A stretch of DNA of 64,000 nt, from positions 7,236 to 71,235 of the forward strand of contig MEIF01000228.1 of NCBI GenBank assembly GCA_001750645.1. The letters run 5' to 3'. This DNA is from Gammaproteobacteria bacterium AqS3 (GTDB taxonomy: Bacteria > Pseudomonadota > Gammaproteobacteria > MEIF01 > AqS3). The position numbers were made by a program, and so were the translations under genes. Within the stretch, counting starts at the first letter, position 1, and each line of letters begins with the position of its first letter. The notes beneath the pieces were generated by a model that was given only the letters and a program-made list of their open reading frames with translations, searched no databases and had not been told where the DNA came from. Of the stretch, positions 1-9,192 are shown one piece after another.

Positions 1-767
1 TCGCTGTTCTGCATCAGCTCGATCAAATGACTGCGCGCCAGCTCGAGCAGCGCGACAAAAGTGACCACCACGCCGATGCGGCCCTCGTGCGGCACCAGCA
101 ATTCCTCCAGCGAGAGATGACGCCCGGCTCCCTGCAGACGACCGATGAGCGCCGTCATGCGCTCGCGCACCGACAGCGTCTCCGTCCGGATGCGCAGGCG
201 ACCGCTGTGCTGGACCCGCGCCAAAGCCCCGGACAGCGCCTCGAGCAAATCCGAAAAATTGGCCTCCGGCAGCGGCGGCGGGGCCTTTTCCGGAGCGGCC
301 GGGGCGCACAGAAAGACATCGCGCTCGAGCCGGTCGAGCCGGTCCAGGTCAAATGCCGCGCGCCGGTAGATGTCGTATTCCTGCAGACGGCGAATCAGCT
401 CGGCGCGGGGGTCGTCCTCCTCCTGCTCCTCGGATTGGGGCCGGGGCAGGAGCGTGCGCGACTTCATCTCGGCCAGCAGCGCCGCCATCACCAGATAGTC
501 GCCCGCCAGCTCAAACTGCGATCGATCCAGCTGCTCGATGTAGGCGATGTACTGATTGGCGACCGCCAGCACATCCACCTCGGAGATTTCGATGTTGTTG
601 CGCCGCAGCAAATAGAGCAGAAAATCCAGCGGCCCCTCAAACGAGGCCAGAAAAACCTCCAGCGCGAAGGCGGGAATATAAAGATCTTCAGGAAAATCGC
701 GAAACTCGCGCCCGTGCAGACGCGCCAGCACCCCGCCTGCATCCGCATCCACATTGATATGAGCCAT
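1..767 (-). CDS. scpA: Segregation and condensation protein A (ScpA), 3' end runs off window
   Basis: Reverse-strand translation from ATG at 765-767 gives MAHINVDADAGGVLARLHGREF...FEGPLDFLLYLLRRNNIEISEVDVLAVANQYIAYIEQL...YLVMAALLAEMKSRTLLP, the hallmark N-terminal region of ScpA. It is not on the ORF track because no stop falls inside the window. Confidence 0.75.
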   Translation of the reverse strand, partial: MAHINVDADAGGVLARLHGREFRDFPEDLYIPAFALEVFLASFEGPLDFLLYLLRRNNIEISEVDVLAVANQYIAYIEQLDRSQFELAGDYLVMAALLAEMKSRTLLPRPQSEEQEEDDPRAELIRRLQEYDIYRRAAFDLDRLDRLERDVFLCAPAAPEKAPPPLPEANFSDLLEALSGALARVQHSGRLRIRTETLSVRERMTALIGRLQGAGRHLSLEELLVPHEGRIGVVVTFVALLELARSHLIELMQNS

Positions 768-994
768 ACGAGGCCCGGGACAGGCGGTTTGGGCATTTTA
801 CCGCACCCCCCAGATGGACCCGATGGCGAAAAACCGGTTTTTGGAGCGGTTTTAGCTCGGTTTTTGCATCCGATGCACCACGCCTGGAGCCGTCCAAACC
901 CTGCGCTCTGCCGCGCTGCCTGCGAATGCCCTCCCAAGCCGCCGGCAACCGGCTTGTGGGCATAATTGCCCGCCGCAGCCAAAGCGAGTTTTTT

Positions 995-2521
995 ATGAAA
1001 GTGCCCCTGTGTTCACTGGATTTTTTGGAGCGCGCCGAGACGGTCTACCCCGATCGCATCGCCGTCGTTGACGAACCCGCCCAGCCCGCCACCCCGCTGA
1101 GTCAATTGACCTACGCCCAGCTGGGGCAGAGGGTGCGCGCACTGTCGGCCGGGCTGGACGCCCTGGACATTGCCCAGGGTGCGCGCATTGCCGTGGTCTC
1201 ACACAACTCGGCGAGGCTGCTCGAGCTGCTCTACAGCGTCCCCGCCTTCGGACGCATCTTTGTGCCGATCAATTTCCGCCTCAAACCCGGAGAGATTGAA
1301 TACATCGTCAATCACTGCGGCGCCGAAATGCTGCTGGTCGACCCCGAACTCGCCGAGGTTGTCTCAGGTCTCAAGGTCAAGCATCGCTTGGTGCTCGGCG
1401 AGGAATCTGACCGGCTGCATCGCTTTGACTCCGAGCCCCGCCCATGGCAGCCCGACGAGGATGCCACCGCCACCATCAACTACACCTCGGGCACCACCGC
1501 CATGCCCAAGGGCGTGCAGATCACGCACCGCAATATCTGGAGCAACGCATCGACATTCGGCTGGCATCTGGGCATCAATGATCGGGACATCTACCTGCAC
1601 ACCCTGCCGATGTTCCACTGCAACGGCTGGGGAATGCCCTTCGCTCTGGCGGGCATGGGCGCCGGTCAGATTGTGCTGCGCCAGGTCGACGGGCCTGAAA
1701 TTCTCAGGCGCATCGAGCGCCACGGCGTGACCGTGCTGTGCGGCGCCCCTGCGGTCGCCAACATCATCCTCGACGCCGCCGAAAGCTGGGACGGACCGAT
1801 CCCCGGCAGCGGGCGGGTGCGCATGGTGGTCGCCGGTGCGGCTCCGCCGACCCGGACGCTGGAGCGCATGGAAACCGTGCTCGGCTGGGAGGTCTGCCAG
1901 ATCTACGGCCTGACCGAGACCTCGCCGCTGCTGACCATCAACCGCCCGCGCGGCGAGTGGGACGACCTCTCCCCCAGCGAGCGCGCCCAGAAACTCAACC
2001 GCGCCGGCGCCCCCGTCATCGGTGCGCGCCTTCGCAGCGACGAGAGCGGCGAGATCTGCGCCCGCAGCAATGTGATCATGCAGGGTTACTGGGAGCAGCC
2101 CGAGGCCACCGCCGAGGCCATCCGCGACGGCTGGTTCCACACCGGCGACGGCGGCGTGGTCGACGATGAGGGCTACGTCCACATCCAGGACCGCAAGAAG
2201 GACGTCATCATCTCCGGCGGGGAGAATGTCTCATCGATTGAAGTCGAGGACGTGCTGTTCACGCATCCGGCGATCAGCGAGGTTGCCGTCATCGGCGTCC
2301 CCGACGAAAAGTGGGGCGAGACCGTCAAGGCACTTGTCGTCAGCGCCGGGGAAGTCAGCGAACGCGAGTTGATCGACTACTGCCGCGAGCGGCTGGCGCA
2401 CTACAAGTGCCCGACCTCGATCGAATTCCGCAGCGAGCTGGCGCGCACCGCCACCGGCAAACTGCAGAAATTCAAGCTGCGCGAGCCCTACTGGAAGGAC
2501 ATGGACCGGCAGGTCAATTAG
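995..2521 (+). CDS. AMP-dependent acyl-CoA synthetase/ligase (adenylate-forming enzyme)
   Basis: The AMP-binding motif YTSGTTAMPKGV is present. Other conserved motifs are YGLTE, GWFHTGD and DRKKDVIISGGENV. The start is placed at the internal Met (MKVPLCSLDFL), because the upstream part of the ORF overlaps the promoter region. Confidence 0.8.
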   Translation: MKVPLCSLDFLERAETVYPDRIAVVDEPAQPATPLSQLTYAQLGQRVRALSAGLDALDIAQGARIAVVSHNSARLLELLYSVPAFGRIFVPINFRLKPGEIEYIVNHCGAEMLLVDPELAEVVSGLKVKHRLVLGEESDRLHRFDSEPRPWQPDEDATATINYTSGTTAMPKGVQITHRNIWSNASTFGWHLGINDRDIYLHTLPMFHCNGWGMPFALAGMGAGQIVLRQVDGPEILRRIERHGVTVLCGAPAVANIILDAAESWDGPIPGSGRVRMVVAGAAPPTRTLERMETVLGWEVCQIYGLTETSPLLTINRPRGEWDDLSPSERAQKLNRAGAPVIGARLRSDESGEICARSNVIMQGYWEQPEATAEAIRDGWFHTGDGGVVDDEGYVHIQDRKKDVIISGGENVSSIEVEDVLFTHPAISEVAVIGVPDEKWGETVKALVVSAGEVSERELIDYCRERLAHYKCPTSIEFRSELARTATGKLQKFKLREPYWKDMDRQVN

Positions 2522-2694
2522 GGGAGCTATATAGACAGATAAATCCTCACGGCATCAGCTTCGGAGATTTTTTGGGAGGGCGCAATGTCCAAGTAGGAAG
2601 GGGGGTTGTGATGTCACCGTCCGCCGGTGGTAATGCCGTTTTTCGGGGCTAAAATTATTGCGGCGTTCGTTTCAGCAATTGCTAGGGAGAGACG

Positions 2695-3243
2695 ATGAAG
2701 GAACAGGATCAGAATTGGCAGGAGCGTGAGCGGCAGTTGGAGAAGCTGCGTAGACGGCTGCATCCGCTTACCGGCAATGCCATATTGAGGGACGTGATTG
2801 CAACACTAGTCTTAATCGGTTCTGTGAGTTGGTTTTACACTTCTGATTTTTATAGCTCTGATCACGGTGATTCACATCGGGGGACATATTTTGTTTTTGT
2901 GACGGCACTTCAAATAATTGGTCTGATTTACTTGATTATGATTTGGATAAATCACTGGCTTAATGGCGCGTCCATCAGGGAAATGGAGAAAAATCTCAGC
3001 GCCGGCGAGCTGCTTGAAATGTTTGAAAAAGAGCGTAAAAAAGTTGGCAATTCAATAATATTTTTAATGATCGGTTTTCTGATTTTCGGAGCGGCGTATC
3101 TGATCGGACTGATTGCCCCCCCTTACGGTTTAGGTCTTATGTTGGCTGGCGTGGGATTTAGCTGTCTTGCAGTTTCATTCTTTTTATATTGGCACTATAA
3201 AAGGTCTGAAAGTATGGCGCGTCAGATACTGCAAGAGCAGTAG
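2695..3243 (+). CDS. Small predicted 4-TM membrane protein, cassette paralog A (hypothetical)
   Basis: The gene is AT-rich in a GC-rich genome. It has a charged N-terminus, four hydrophobic segments and a charged central loop (ELLEMFEKERKK). It is paralogous in architecture and C-terminus (YWHYKRSESMARQILQEQ) to ORF 3533..4066. The two genes share the same RBS context, gagacgATGaa. Confidence 0.6.
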   Translation: MKEQDQNWQERERQLEKLRRRLHPLTGNAILRDVIATLVLIGSVSWFYTSDFYSSDHGDSHRGTYFVFVTALQIIGLIYLIMIWINHWLNGASIREMEKNLSAGELLEMFEKERKKVGNSIIFLMIGFLIFGAAYLIGLIAPPYGLGLMLAGVGFSCLAVSFFLYWHYKRSESMARQILQEQ

Positions 3244-3262
3244 CGCACTATCATCTGACGCC

Positions 3263-3468
3263 GGAGACCCTCACCGCCTAGCATCCCTGACCCTCGCGCC
3301 GGCGATCAGGCCGGACGCGATGCCCCAGACCTTCACCCGATGCCTGCCCCACCATTCGCCCCAGGCGCCCCCCTCCGGCTCCGAGCCTTCCGCATCGTCC
3401 GGCAGCAGGTCGCGACGCAGCCTGTGCCTGACAAACGCGCCGAACGATGCCCCGCCCCAGACTGCCCC
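3263..3468 (-). repeat. Orphan copy of the 3' end (last ~66 codons) of the OMP-like gene at 4082..5023, ~94% nt identical to 4076..4282
   Basis: Direct alignment of 3263-3468 with 4076-4282 shows about 12 mismatches in about 205 bp. The minus-sense translation GGASFGAFVRHRLRRDLLPDDAEGSEPEGGAWGEWWGRHRVKVWGIASGLIAGARVRDARR* differs from the authentic C-terminus at only 4 residues. Confidence 0.7.
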
Positions 3469-3532
3469 CGGCGGCGCGATTTTTTTGGGTTAAAATTGCA
3501 GCGGTCGTTTCGGCGATTTAGGAGGGGAGACG

Positions 3533-4066
3533 ATGAAAATACTGAATCAAGTAACGCAACAGGAAATCAAGCGGCAGACAAAAGATCTGAGCAAGCGGTT
3601 ACATCATCCGATTTTTGGGAGTGAAACGGCAAGCTGTATCGGTCACACAGTTTTGGTAATCGCTCTGCTTGTTGTGCCTTACTTTTTAGACATCCATTAC
3701 AGTGAGGAAATTATCCTAATACTATGCAATATTTTTATGCTGATTTCCTTGGCTGGCATGTGGATAATTCGCCTCTGGCCTACCGATCCTCTCAAAAAAG
3801 AGCAAGAGAAAAAGCCTAGCATCGCAGAGCTTGTTACACTATTTAAGGAGAAGCGCGAGATTTACGCTCGTATAGCAACTTTACTGATAGTCGGGCTTGT
3901 GTGTTGGAGTGTCAGTGTTTTGGTCGGGCTATTTGAGTCTTACTTTCTTGTTGCTTTTGTTACGTTTCAATTTTTTGTAGGCATTGCCATTAGCCAAACT
4001 TTTTATTGGCGTTATCGAAAGTTTGAAAAGATGGCGCGGCTGCTTGCGAAGCAGATCGCTGACTGA
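3533..4066 (+). CDS. Small predicted 4-TM membrane protein, cassette paralog B (hypothetical)
   Basis: The gene is AT-rich. It has the same domain layout as paralog A: a charged N-terminus, two TM segments, the loop ELVTLFKEKREIYA, two further TM segments and the C-terminus YWRYRKFEKMARLLAKQIAD. Its upstream 55 bp is homologous to the region upstream of paralog A. Confidence 0.6.
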   Translation: MKILNQVTQQEIKRQTKDLSKRLHHPIFGSETASCIGHTVLVIALLVVPYFLDIHYSEEIILILCNIFMLISLAGMWIIRLWPTDPLKKEQEKKPSIAELVTLFKEKREIYARIATLLIVGLVCWSVSVLVGLFESYFLVAFVTFQFFVGIAISQTFYWRYRKFEKMARLLAKQIAD

Positions 4067-4081
4067 TGCTCGGGCACCCCC

Positions 4082-5023
4082 TCACCGCCCAGCATCCCTG
4101 ACCCTCGCACCGGCAATCAGGCCGGTCGCGATGCCCCAGACCTTCACCCGATGCCTGCCCCACCATTCGCCCCAGGCACCCCTCTCCGGCTCCGAGCCCT
4201 CCGCATCGTCCGGCAGCAGATCGCGCCGCAGCCTGTGCCGGGCGAACGCCCCGAACGATGCCCCGCCGCCCGCGCCGGCGAATGCCGATCCGCTGAGGTA
4301 GATCGTAGTCCTGTCCCACAGTGACAGCCCCACACCGAGGCCGGCGGTCACAGTCGTCTGGCGGTGGCTGTAATTGTCCTGCCCGTCCAGCGTGTCGCTG
4401 AATTTCACCCGAACGCTCGCCGTGGCGCTGACGCTTACGATATTGTTCACCGCAAAAGAAACCGCAGGGCTGATTGAGAACGAGTCCCCCTCATCCCAAA
4501 CACCGTAGGCTCTGGGTTCCTCCGGCCTGTGGCCATAACCTAAACCGACCCTGAGCACGATCGGGTCGTAAGTCCGATAAACCGAAAGCCCAGCATTGAA
4601 CGCCCCGCTCATCGGCTCGATGTCCAACCCCTCCGCCGCCCTGTTTTCCAGCAGATCGATGCCGATCCAGCCGAACACTCCGGGCGTTTTGTTTTCCGGC
4701 GACAGGTTGCGGCTGATCTCCGCCCTCAGCTCTCCGATCCGCGCGGTGGTGTCCTTTTCGTCCCTCAGCCGGCCGATGCTGAGCCAATCCCTATAAGGGC
4801 TGGCATCGCGGTCGTCCGTGTAGCTCCCGGACAGGCTCAGGCCGATCTCGATGTCCTCGGTCAGCCCGTAGCCGTATCCGAACTCCAGGCCGAAGCGGTC
4901 GGCTCTCTCGCTGCCATACGCGGTGTGCCGGATGCTGTAACTGATCTCTGAGCCGCCCGCCGGTGCGATCAGGTTTTCAATCCTCAGCGGCAGACCGCCG
5001 CAAGCAGTGCGATTGCGCGCATA
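4082..5023 (-). pseudogene. Beta-rich, possible outer-membrane beta-barrel protein gene, 5'-truncated (no start codon or signal peptide in the open frame)
   Basis: The minus-strand frame is open from the stop at 5024-5026 down to the stop at 4082-4084. The track ORF 4082..4678 begins only at an internal GTG. The upstream in-frame sequence (GLEFGYGYGLTEDIEIGLSLSGSYTDD...) shows the alternating hydrophobic pattern of beta strands. There is no Met or signal peptide before the IS remnant. Confidence 0.4.
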
Positions 5024-5300
5024 TCAGGGATATGGGGCTTGTGGATTTTCTGAATGGGTTTCCCGACGAGTATGCTGCGAGGGACGAGACTATCTGGTCG
5101 AGCAGTTCTGGTCGATGGGATGCACTGCCCGTGCTGCGGGAATGCGGATCCGTCACGGATCAGCACAAATGACCGGTCGCCGATGCCGCACCACTGCAGG
5201 GACTGCCGGAGACATTTCAGCGTTGATCAGCGTTCACACGGGTGCGGTGATGGCGGCGAGCGAGAGCAGCCAGCACAGCGGCTTCCGGCGATCCATCTGA
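4990..5300 (+). mobile_element. Remnant of an IS1595-family transposase N-terminal zinc-ribbon region, frameshifted, with no DDE domain
   Basis: Frame 1 gives DFLNGFPDEYAARDETIW...GRWDALPVLRECGS, which matches the consensus ..FPDEeaC..yl..RWPnGfvCPrCGs. Frame 2 continues with HHCRDCRRHFSVDQRS...RLPAIHLIT, which matches YqCkaCkkqfSvTaGT...kWflAIyLIt. The frameshift lies at about 5130-5190. Nothing transposase-like follows. Confidence 0.45.
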
Positions 5301-5332
5301 TCACGACTCATCTCGGGGACAACTTCAGGGCG

Positions 5333-7036
5333 TTAGGAAGAGGGAATGCCCCACAGCTCGATGGCCTTGGCCTTCAGTTTTTTGTGGCGCACCTGAAGGC
5401 GATCTAGATTCCAGTCAGGCAGGTCGCAGAGCTCCTTGGTCATATTGAAGGCGCTCTTCTTATTGGAATATTCGTAGGCTTCTATTTTTTTGTCGAAAGG
5501 GCTGTTTTAGGCAACCCCGTTTTTCCTCCGACTGAGCAGGGTCAAATTGCCCAGCATATTGCGATACTGCTCATGCTGCTCCTCGCTGAACCTCTCAGTC
5601 CAATAGTCTTTTCCCTTAATATTTTGGGGAAGGATGTGCTCAATCGTGATATTTCCCTTGTATTTTCTCTCCACACTTTCATCCTCGTAGGTTTCGTCAA
5701 GCCTTTGCAAAATGGACTTGATGAATTTATTGACCCGAGGACGAGAACCATCATAAAAGTCCTGTTTATCCAGAACATCTTCAAACTTCCATTTCTGATT
5801 ACCTTCAGCAGATAGATTCCTAATAGAGTTCATGACCTTCTCAAAGGTTGCATCCTTCGAGTTAATAGCCTCTACAGCATGGTAACGAGCCGCTTCCCGC
5901 TTGTTTTTATGTTCATCTCTCAAGCTTGCCTGGACATAAGTACGTTCAAACAAATCAACAAACTTTGCAAATAAATCCCAATCTGCAAACTTAATCCGAA
6001 AAGCCATAAATGCTGGGAGCCACTCATCTCTTCCTCCAATTTCGCTCAACAACTCTATGGTTTTAATAACAGGAGGATCATCATTCAAAATTTCGGCGTG
6101 CAGCTCGGCTGATTTGGCAAGAGATGCCGATAGGGAAACTGCAATATTACCTGAATCATTCTGCTTCAACTGATCCGTGTAATAGGGATAAAGCTTTGGC
6201 TTATTGGCTCGATCTCGGTCTTTCATTTCGGAAAATAAATTCAATCTCAAAAAGGAATTAATATTTTCAATTCCAATATTCTCCTCTATAGTTTTCCAAT
6301 TGTTTTCTACTTTTAGAGACTTATCTTCGTTGGAGGCAACTTTCTCCAACAGCACACTTTTAATCAAATCAGCATCGCTTAAAGACTGTCCCCGATTGTT
6401 GAGAACATGAAACATTCGAAAAGATGACTCCCTGTCATCGACCTCAACAAATACAACATACACTTGTCTCAAGAGATACTCCACCAATCTATTCAGAGGC
6501 AGAGTTAAATCTTCCTTAAGAAACTTCTGAATGGCCTCTGAATTATTTCGAAAAACTTTTTCAGTATCCGTATCTTTTTCTGGTTTTTGTTTTATTTCTT
6601 CCCTCAAAACTTGATCAGTGTAAAACCCCCGCTCTTTGTCTCTTACCTCAATAACTGGCCTCGTCAATCTATTAGCAGAAATATGATCCTCATTCAAATA
6701 CATACTTCTCAGCTTAGCTTTTAGTCCTTCATTATTTTTCTTTAATTCTTCATTATTTTCAATGACCCGAACCAATTCTCTTAAAATCAAAGTAAGCGTA
6801 ATGAGGCGCTGCTGTCCATCAACCACTTCAAAACGGTTGCCGTCCCGGATACAGATTAAACCGCCAATAAAGTACTCTCCTTGTTTCTCAGCGCAACTGT
6901 TATGCACGTCTTGCAGAAGCTCCTCCGCCTGATCTTTATCCCAGATATATGGACGCTGATAAGAGGGAATGTAGTACTGCGCACCCCCCAAAAAAGCCAG
7001 CGTTTTTTCCACACTTTGAATCTCAGCCTTCATCAA
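5333..7036 (-). pseudogene. GmrSD-like type IV (modification-dependent) restriction endonuclease with DUF262 N-terminal and DUF1524 C-terminal domains, interrupted by an in-frame TAA at 5507-5509
   Basis: The N-terminus has YQRPYIWDKDQAEELLQD and DGQQRLITLTL (DUF262/ParB-like nuclease domain). The C-terminus has ITIEHILPQN...GNLTLLSRRKNGVA (DUF1524/HNH-like). After the TAA the same frame continues NSPFDKKIEAYEYSNKKSAFNMTKELCDLPDWNLDRLQVRHKKLKAKAIELWGIPSS* to the stop at 5333-5335. The gene is AT-rich. Confidence 0.6.
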
Positions 7037-7082
7037 TAGCCCCCTATAGAACTCCCTCGCCTGCCGCCAGCCTCAGCCCGAC

Positions 7083-8018
7083 CTATCCAGCCTTGTCGGT
7101 CTTCTTCTGCTGGTCGAGGGCCGACATGGCCGTGGCGACGACGCCGGCGACATTGCCCAGGTCGGCCGGCAGGATCAGGCTGTTGCCCTCCTTGGCCAGG
7201 TGCCCGAACTGCTGGATGTAGTGCTCGGCGACGCGCAGCCTGGCCGCCGTCTCCCCGCCCTGCTCGTTGAGCACATGGGCGATGTCGCGCAGCCCCTTGG
7301 CCGTGGCCGATGCGATCAGCTCAATCTCCCTGGCATTGCCCTCGGCCTCGTTGATCAGCTTCTGCTTCTCACCCTCGGAGATGCGAATCGATTCGGTCAT
7401 CAGACCCTCGGCGCGGTTGATGCGCGACTGCCGGTCGCCCTCGGATATCGCAATCTCGGCGCGCTTTTCCCGCTCGGCGCGCATCTGCTTTTCCATCGCC
7501 TCCATCACGCTGATCGGCGGGCGAATGTCGCGGATCTCATAGCGCAGCACCTTGACGCCCCAGTTCTGCGAGGCCTCGTCGACCGCCTCGACCACCCGGC
7601 TGTTGAGCGCCTCCCGCTCCTCGAATGTCTTGTCGAGCTCCAGCCGGCCGATGGCCGAGCGCAGCGAGGTCTGCGCCAGCTGGCTCGCCGCAAACTTGTA
7701 GTTTTCAATGCCGTAGGCCGTCAGCCTGGCGTCGAACACCTGAATGTAGAGCACGCCGTCAACCGAGACGAGCACGTTGTCCGAGGTGATGCAGTCCTGC
7801 GAGCCGATGTCGAGCACCTCCTCCTTGAGGCTGCGCCTGTAGGCGACCACGTCGATGAAGGGGACCAAAAAGTGCAGCCCGGCCGACAGCGTGCTGTTGT
7901 ACTTGCCGAGCCGCTCGACGATGTACTCGGACCGCTGCGGCACGACAACCGCTGTGCGGTAGAGCGTGTAGACCAGCAGGGCCACTAAAACCAGGGGAAT
8001 GAGATAGTTTTCCATCAT
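7083..8018 (-). CDS. SPFH/band-7 (stomatin/prohibitin-like) membrane protein
   Basis: There is an N-terminal TM segment. The SPFH core contains VVPQRSEYIVERLGKY and ITSDNVLVSVDGVLYIQV. The C-terminus is a coiled coil. The gene is paired with nfeD downstream. Confidence 0.85.
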   Translation of the reverse strand: MMENYLIPLVLVALLVYTLYRTAVVVPQRSEYIVERLGKYNSTLSAGLHFLVPFIDVVAYRRSLKEEVLDIGSQDCITSDNVLVSVDGVLYIQVFDARLTAYGIENYKFAASQLAQTSLRSAIGRLELDKTFEEREALNSRVVEAVDEASQNWGVKVLRYEIRDIRPPISVMEAMEKQMRAEREKRAEIAISEGDRQSRINRAEGLMTESIRISEGEKQKLINEAEGNAREIELIASATAKGLRDIAHVLNEQGGETAARLRVAEHYIQQFGHLAKEGNSLILPADLGNVAGVVATAMSALDQQKKTDKAG

Positions 8019-8464
8019 TAACTGCGCTCCACTTTGACAACGGTTGAATTGGATTCATCAATGCCGGTGACGACCACATGGACGCCGACTTCAATGGGTG
8101 ACTCGGAGATTGCCGGCCAGGTGCTGCCCCGGCCCTTGATGCGCCCCTCGCCGCCGGCGGGAATGGCGACCTCGACCACAGCGCGGGCGCCGATGCGCTC
8201 GTCGGCGTCGTGCCCCTCGGTGACATCGCCCTGGAAAGTCCGGCGAAAGTGCTGGCGCAGCGTCAGGATCAGGAGCACCGAGGCGACGCCGAAGGTGATC
8301 AGCTGAAACGACACCGGCACGTCGCCGATGATCCAGATCATCAATGCCACCAGCCAGGCGGCGACTCCAAAAAATATCAGGATGAAGCCGGGCAGCAGCA
8401 GCTCGGCCACCAGCAGCGCCGCCCCCAGAATAAACCAGAGCAATACGGGGTTGTCAAAGAGCAT
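8018..8464 (-). CDS. NfeD-family membrane protein (stomatin operon partner)
   Basis: There are two N-terminal TM helices and a C-terminal OB-fold-like soluble domain. The gene is translationally coupled to the SPFH gene. Confidence 0.7.
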   Translation of the reverse strand: MLFDNPVLLWFILGAALLVAELLLPGFILIFFGVAAWLVALMIWIIGDVPVSFQLITFGVASVLLILTLRQHFRRTFQGDVTEGHDADERIGARAVVEVAIPAGGEGRIKGRGSTWPAISESPIEVGVHVVVTGIDESNSTVVKVERS

Positions 8465-8528
8465 TTCGATCCTCCCTCTGTCTCGCAGGCGGCATCTCAG
8501 CGGCGGCTATTGTGCGTCAAAACGCGAC

Positions 8529-9158
8529 TCACGATTGACGCAGCTGAAGTGCCTGGCTGAGATCGTTCTGAAAGTCCTGCACCAGGGGCTCGACCTGGGG
8601 CCACCAGCCGGGGTCGTAATCCACCTGGACGCAGCGCAGACCGCTGAGGGCGTTGTCCCGAACCAAGCCCTCGATGTACAGGCAGGCCGGGCACCGCAGG
8701 ATTTCCATGCCGAGGGCGACCTGCGGGTAGTGCCAGGGCGGAATGCTCCCAAAAGTCGACAGCTTGCGCGGCGCCTTGACCTCGATCAGATAGAGATGGC
8801 CGTGCATGTCGAGCAGGCCGTCCGGGCTGTAGCAGATGCCCGCAGCCTCGTCGAGCCAGAACGCCTCGGTGTGGCTGATCAGGGCGACGCTGCCGCGGCC
8901 GAATGTCTCGGCGACGCCGGCATCGCGGATGGCGTCCTCCCACTCGATGCCGCGGCGCATGTCGTCATTCTCGTCCCGTTCGGGAATGTTGCCGGTCAGC
9001 TCGTCGAGCATCTCGCTCATCAGGCTGTCGCGGTTCTTGTAGCTGGAGGTCCCCAGCAGCGCACCGATGGTCGAGCCCGACAGCCGGCCGCGCCTGAGCC
9101 GATACCACTCCTCAGAGCGCTGCTCGACCCCCTCTATTTCAACCGCATTGAGCTGCAT
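8529..9158 (-). CDS. YqaJ-like PD-(D/E)XK exonuclease-domain protein
   Basis: The internal Met begins MQLNAVEIEGVEQRSEEWYRLRRGRLSGSTIGALLG, the YqaJ N-terminal motif. A catalytic D...E-V-K motif is present (DGLLDMHGHLYLIEVK). The first 98 residues of track ORF 8529..9452 are GC-frame noise that overlaps the upstream gene's 3' region. Confidence 0.6.
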   Translation of the reverse strand: MQLNAVEIEGVEQRSEEWYRLRRGRLSGSTIGALLGTSSYKNRDSLMSEMLDELTGNIPERDENDDMRRGIEWEDAIRDAGVAETFGRGSVALISHTEAFWLDEAAGICYSPDGLLDMHGHLYLIEVKAPRKLSTFGSIPPWHYPQVALGMEILRCPACLYIEGLVRDNALSGLRCVQVDYDPGWWPQVEPLVQDFQNDLSQALQLRQS

Positions 9159-9192
9159 TGACCGTCGTCCTTTTCGCGCCTCGCCCCGGGTG

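Noticed and set aside
27-982. Plus-strand 312-aa ORF and minus 164-aa ORF at the window start
   Set aside because: A different minus-strand frame encodes a clear ScpA N-terminal domain. These frames are low-complexity alternatives.
3167-4301. Plus-strand ORFs 3167..3493, 3340..3624 and 3984..4301 with near-identical peptides (...DPHRLASLTLAPAIRP...MPQTFTRCLPHHSPQAP...)
   Set aside because: They are plus-strand readings of the two copies of the OMP 3'-end repeat, whose coding sense is the minus strand. Their similarity simply reflects the DNA repeat.
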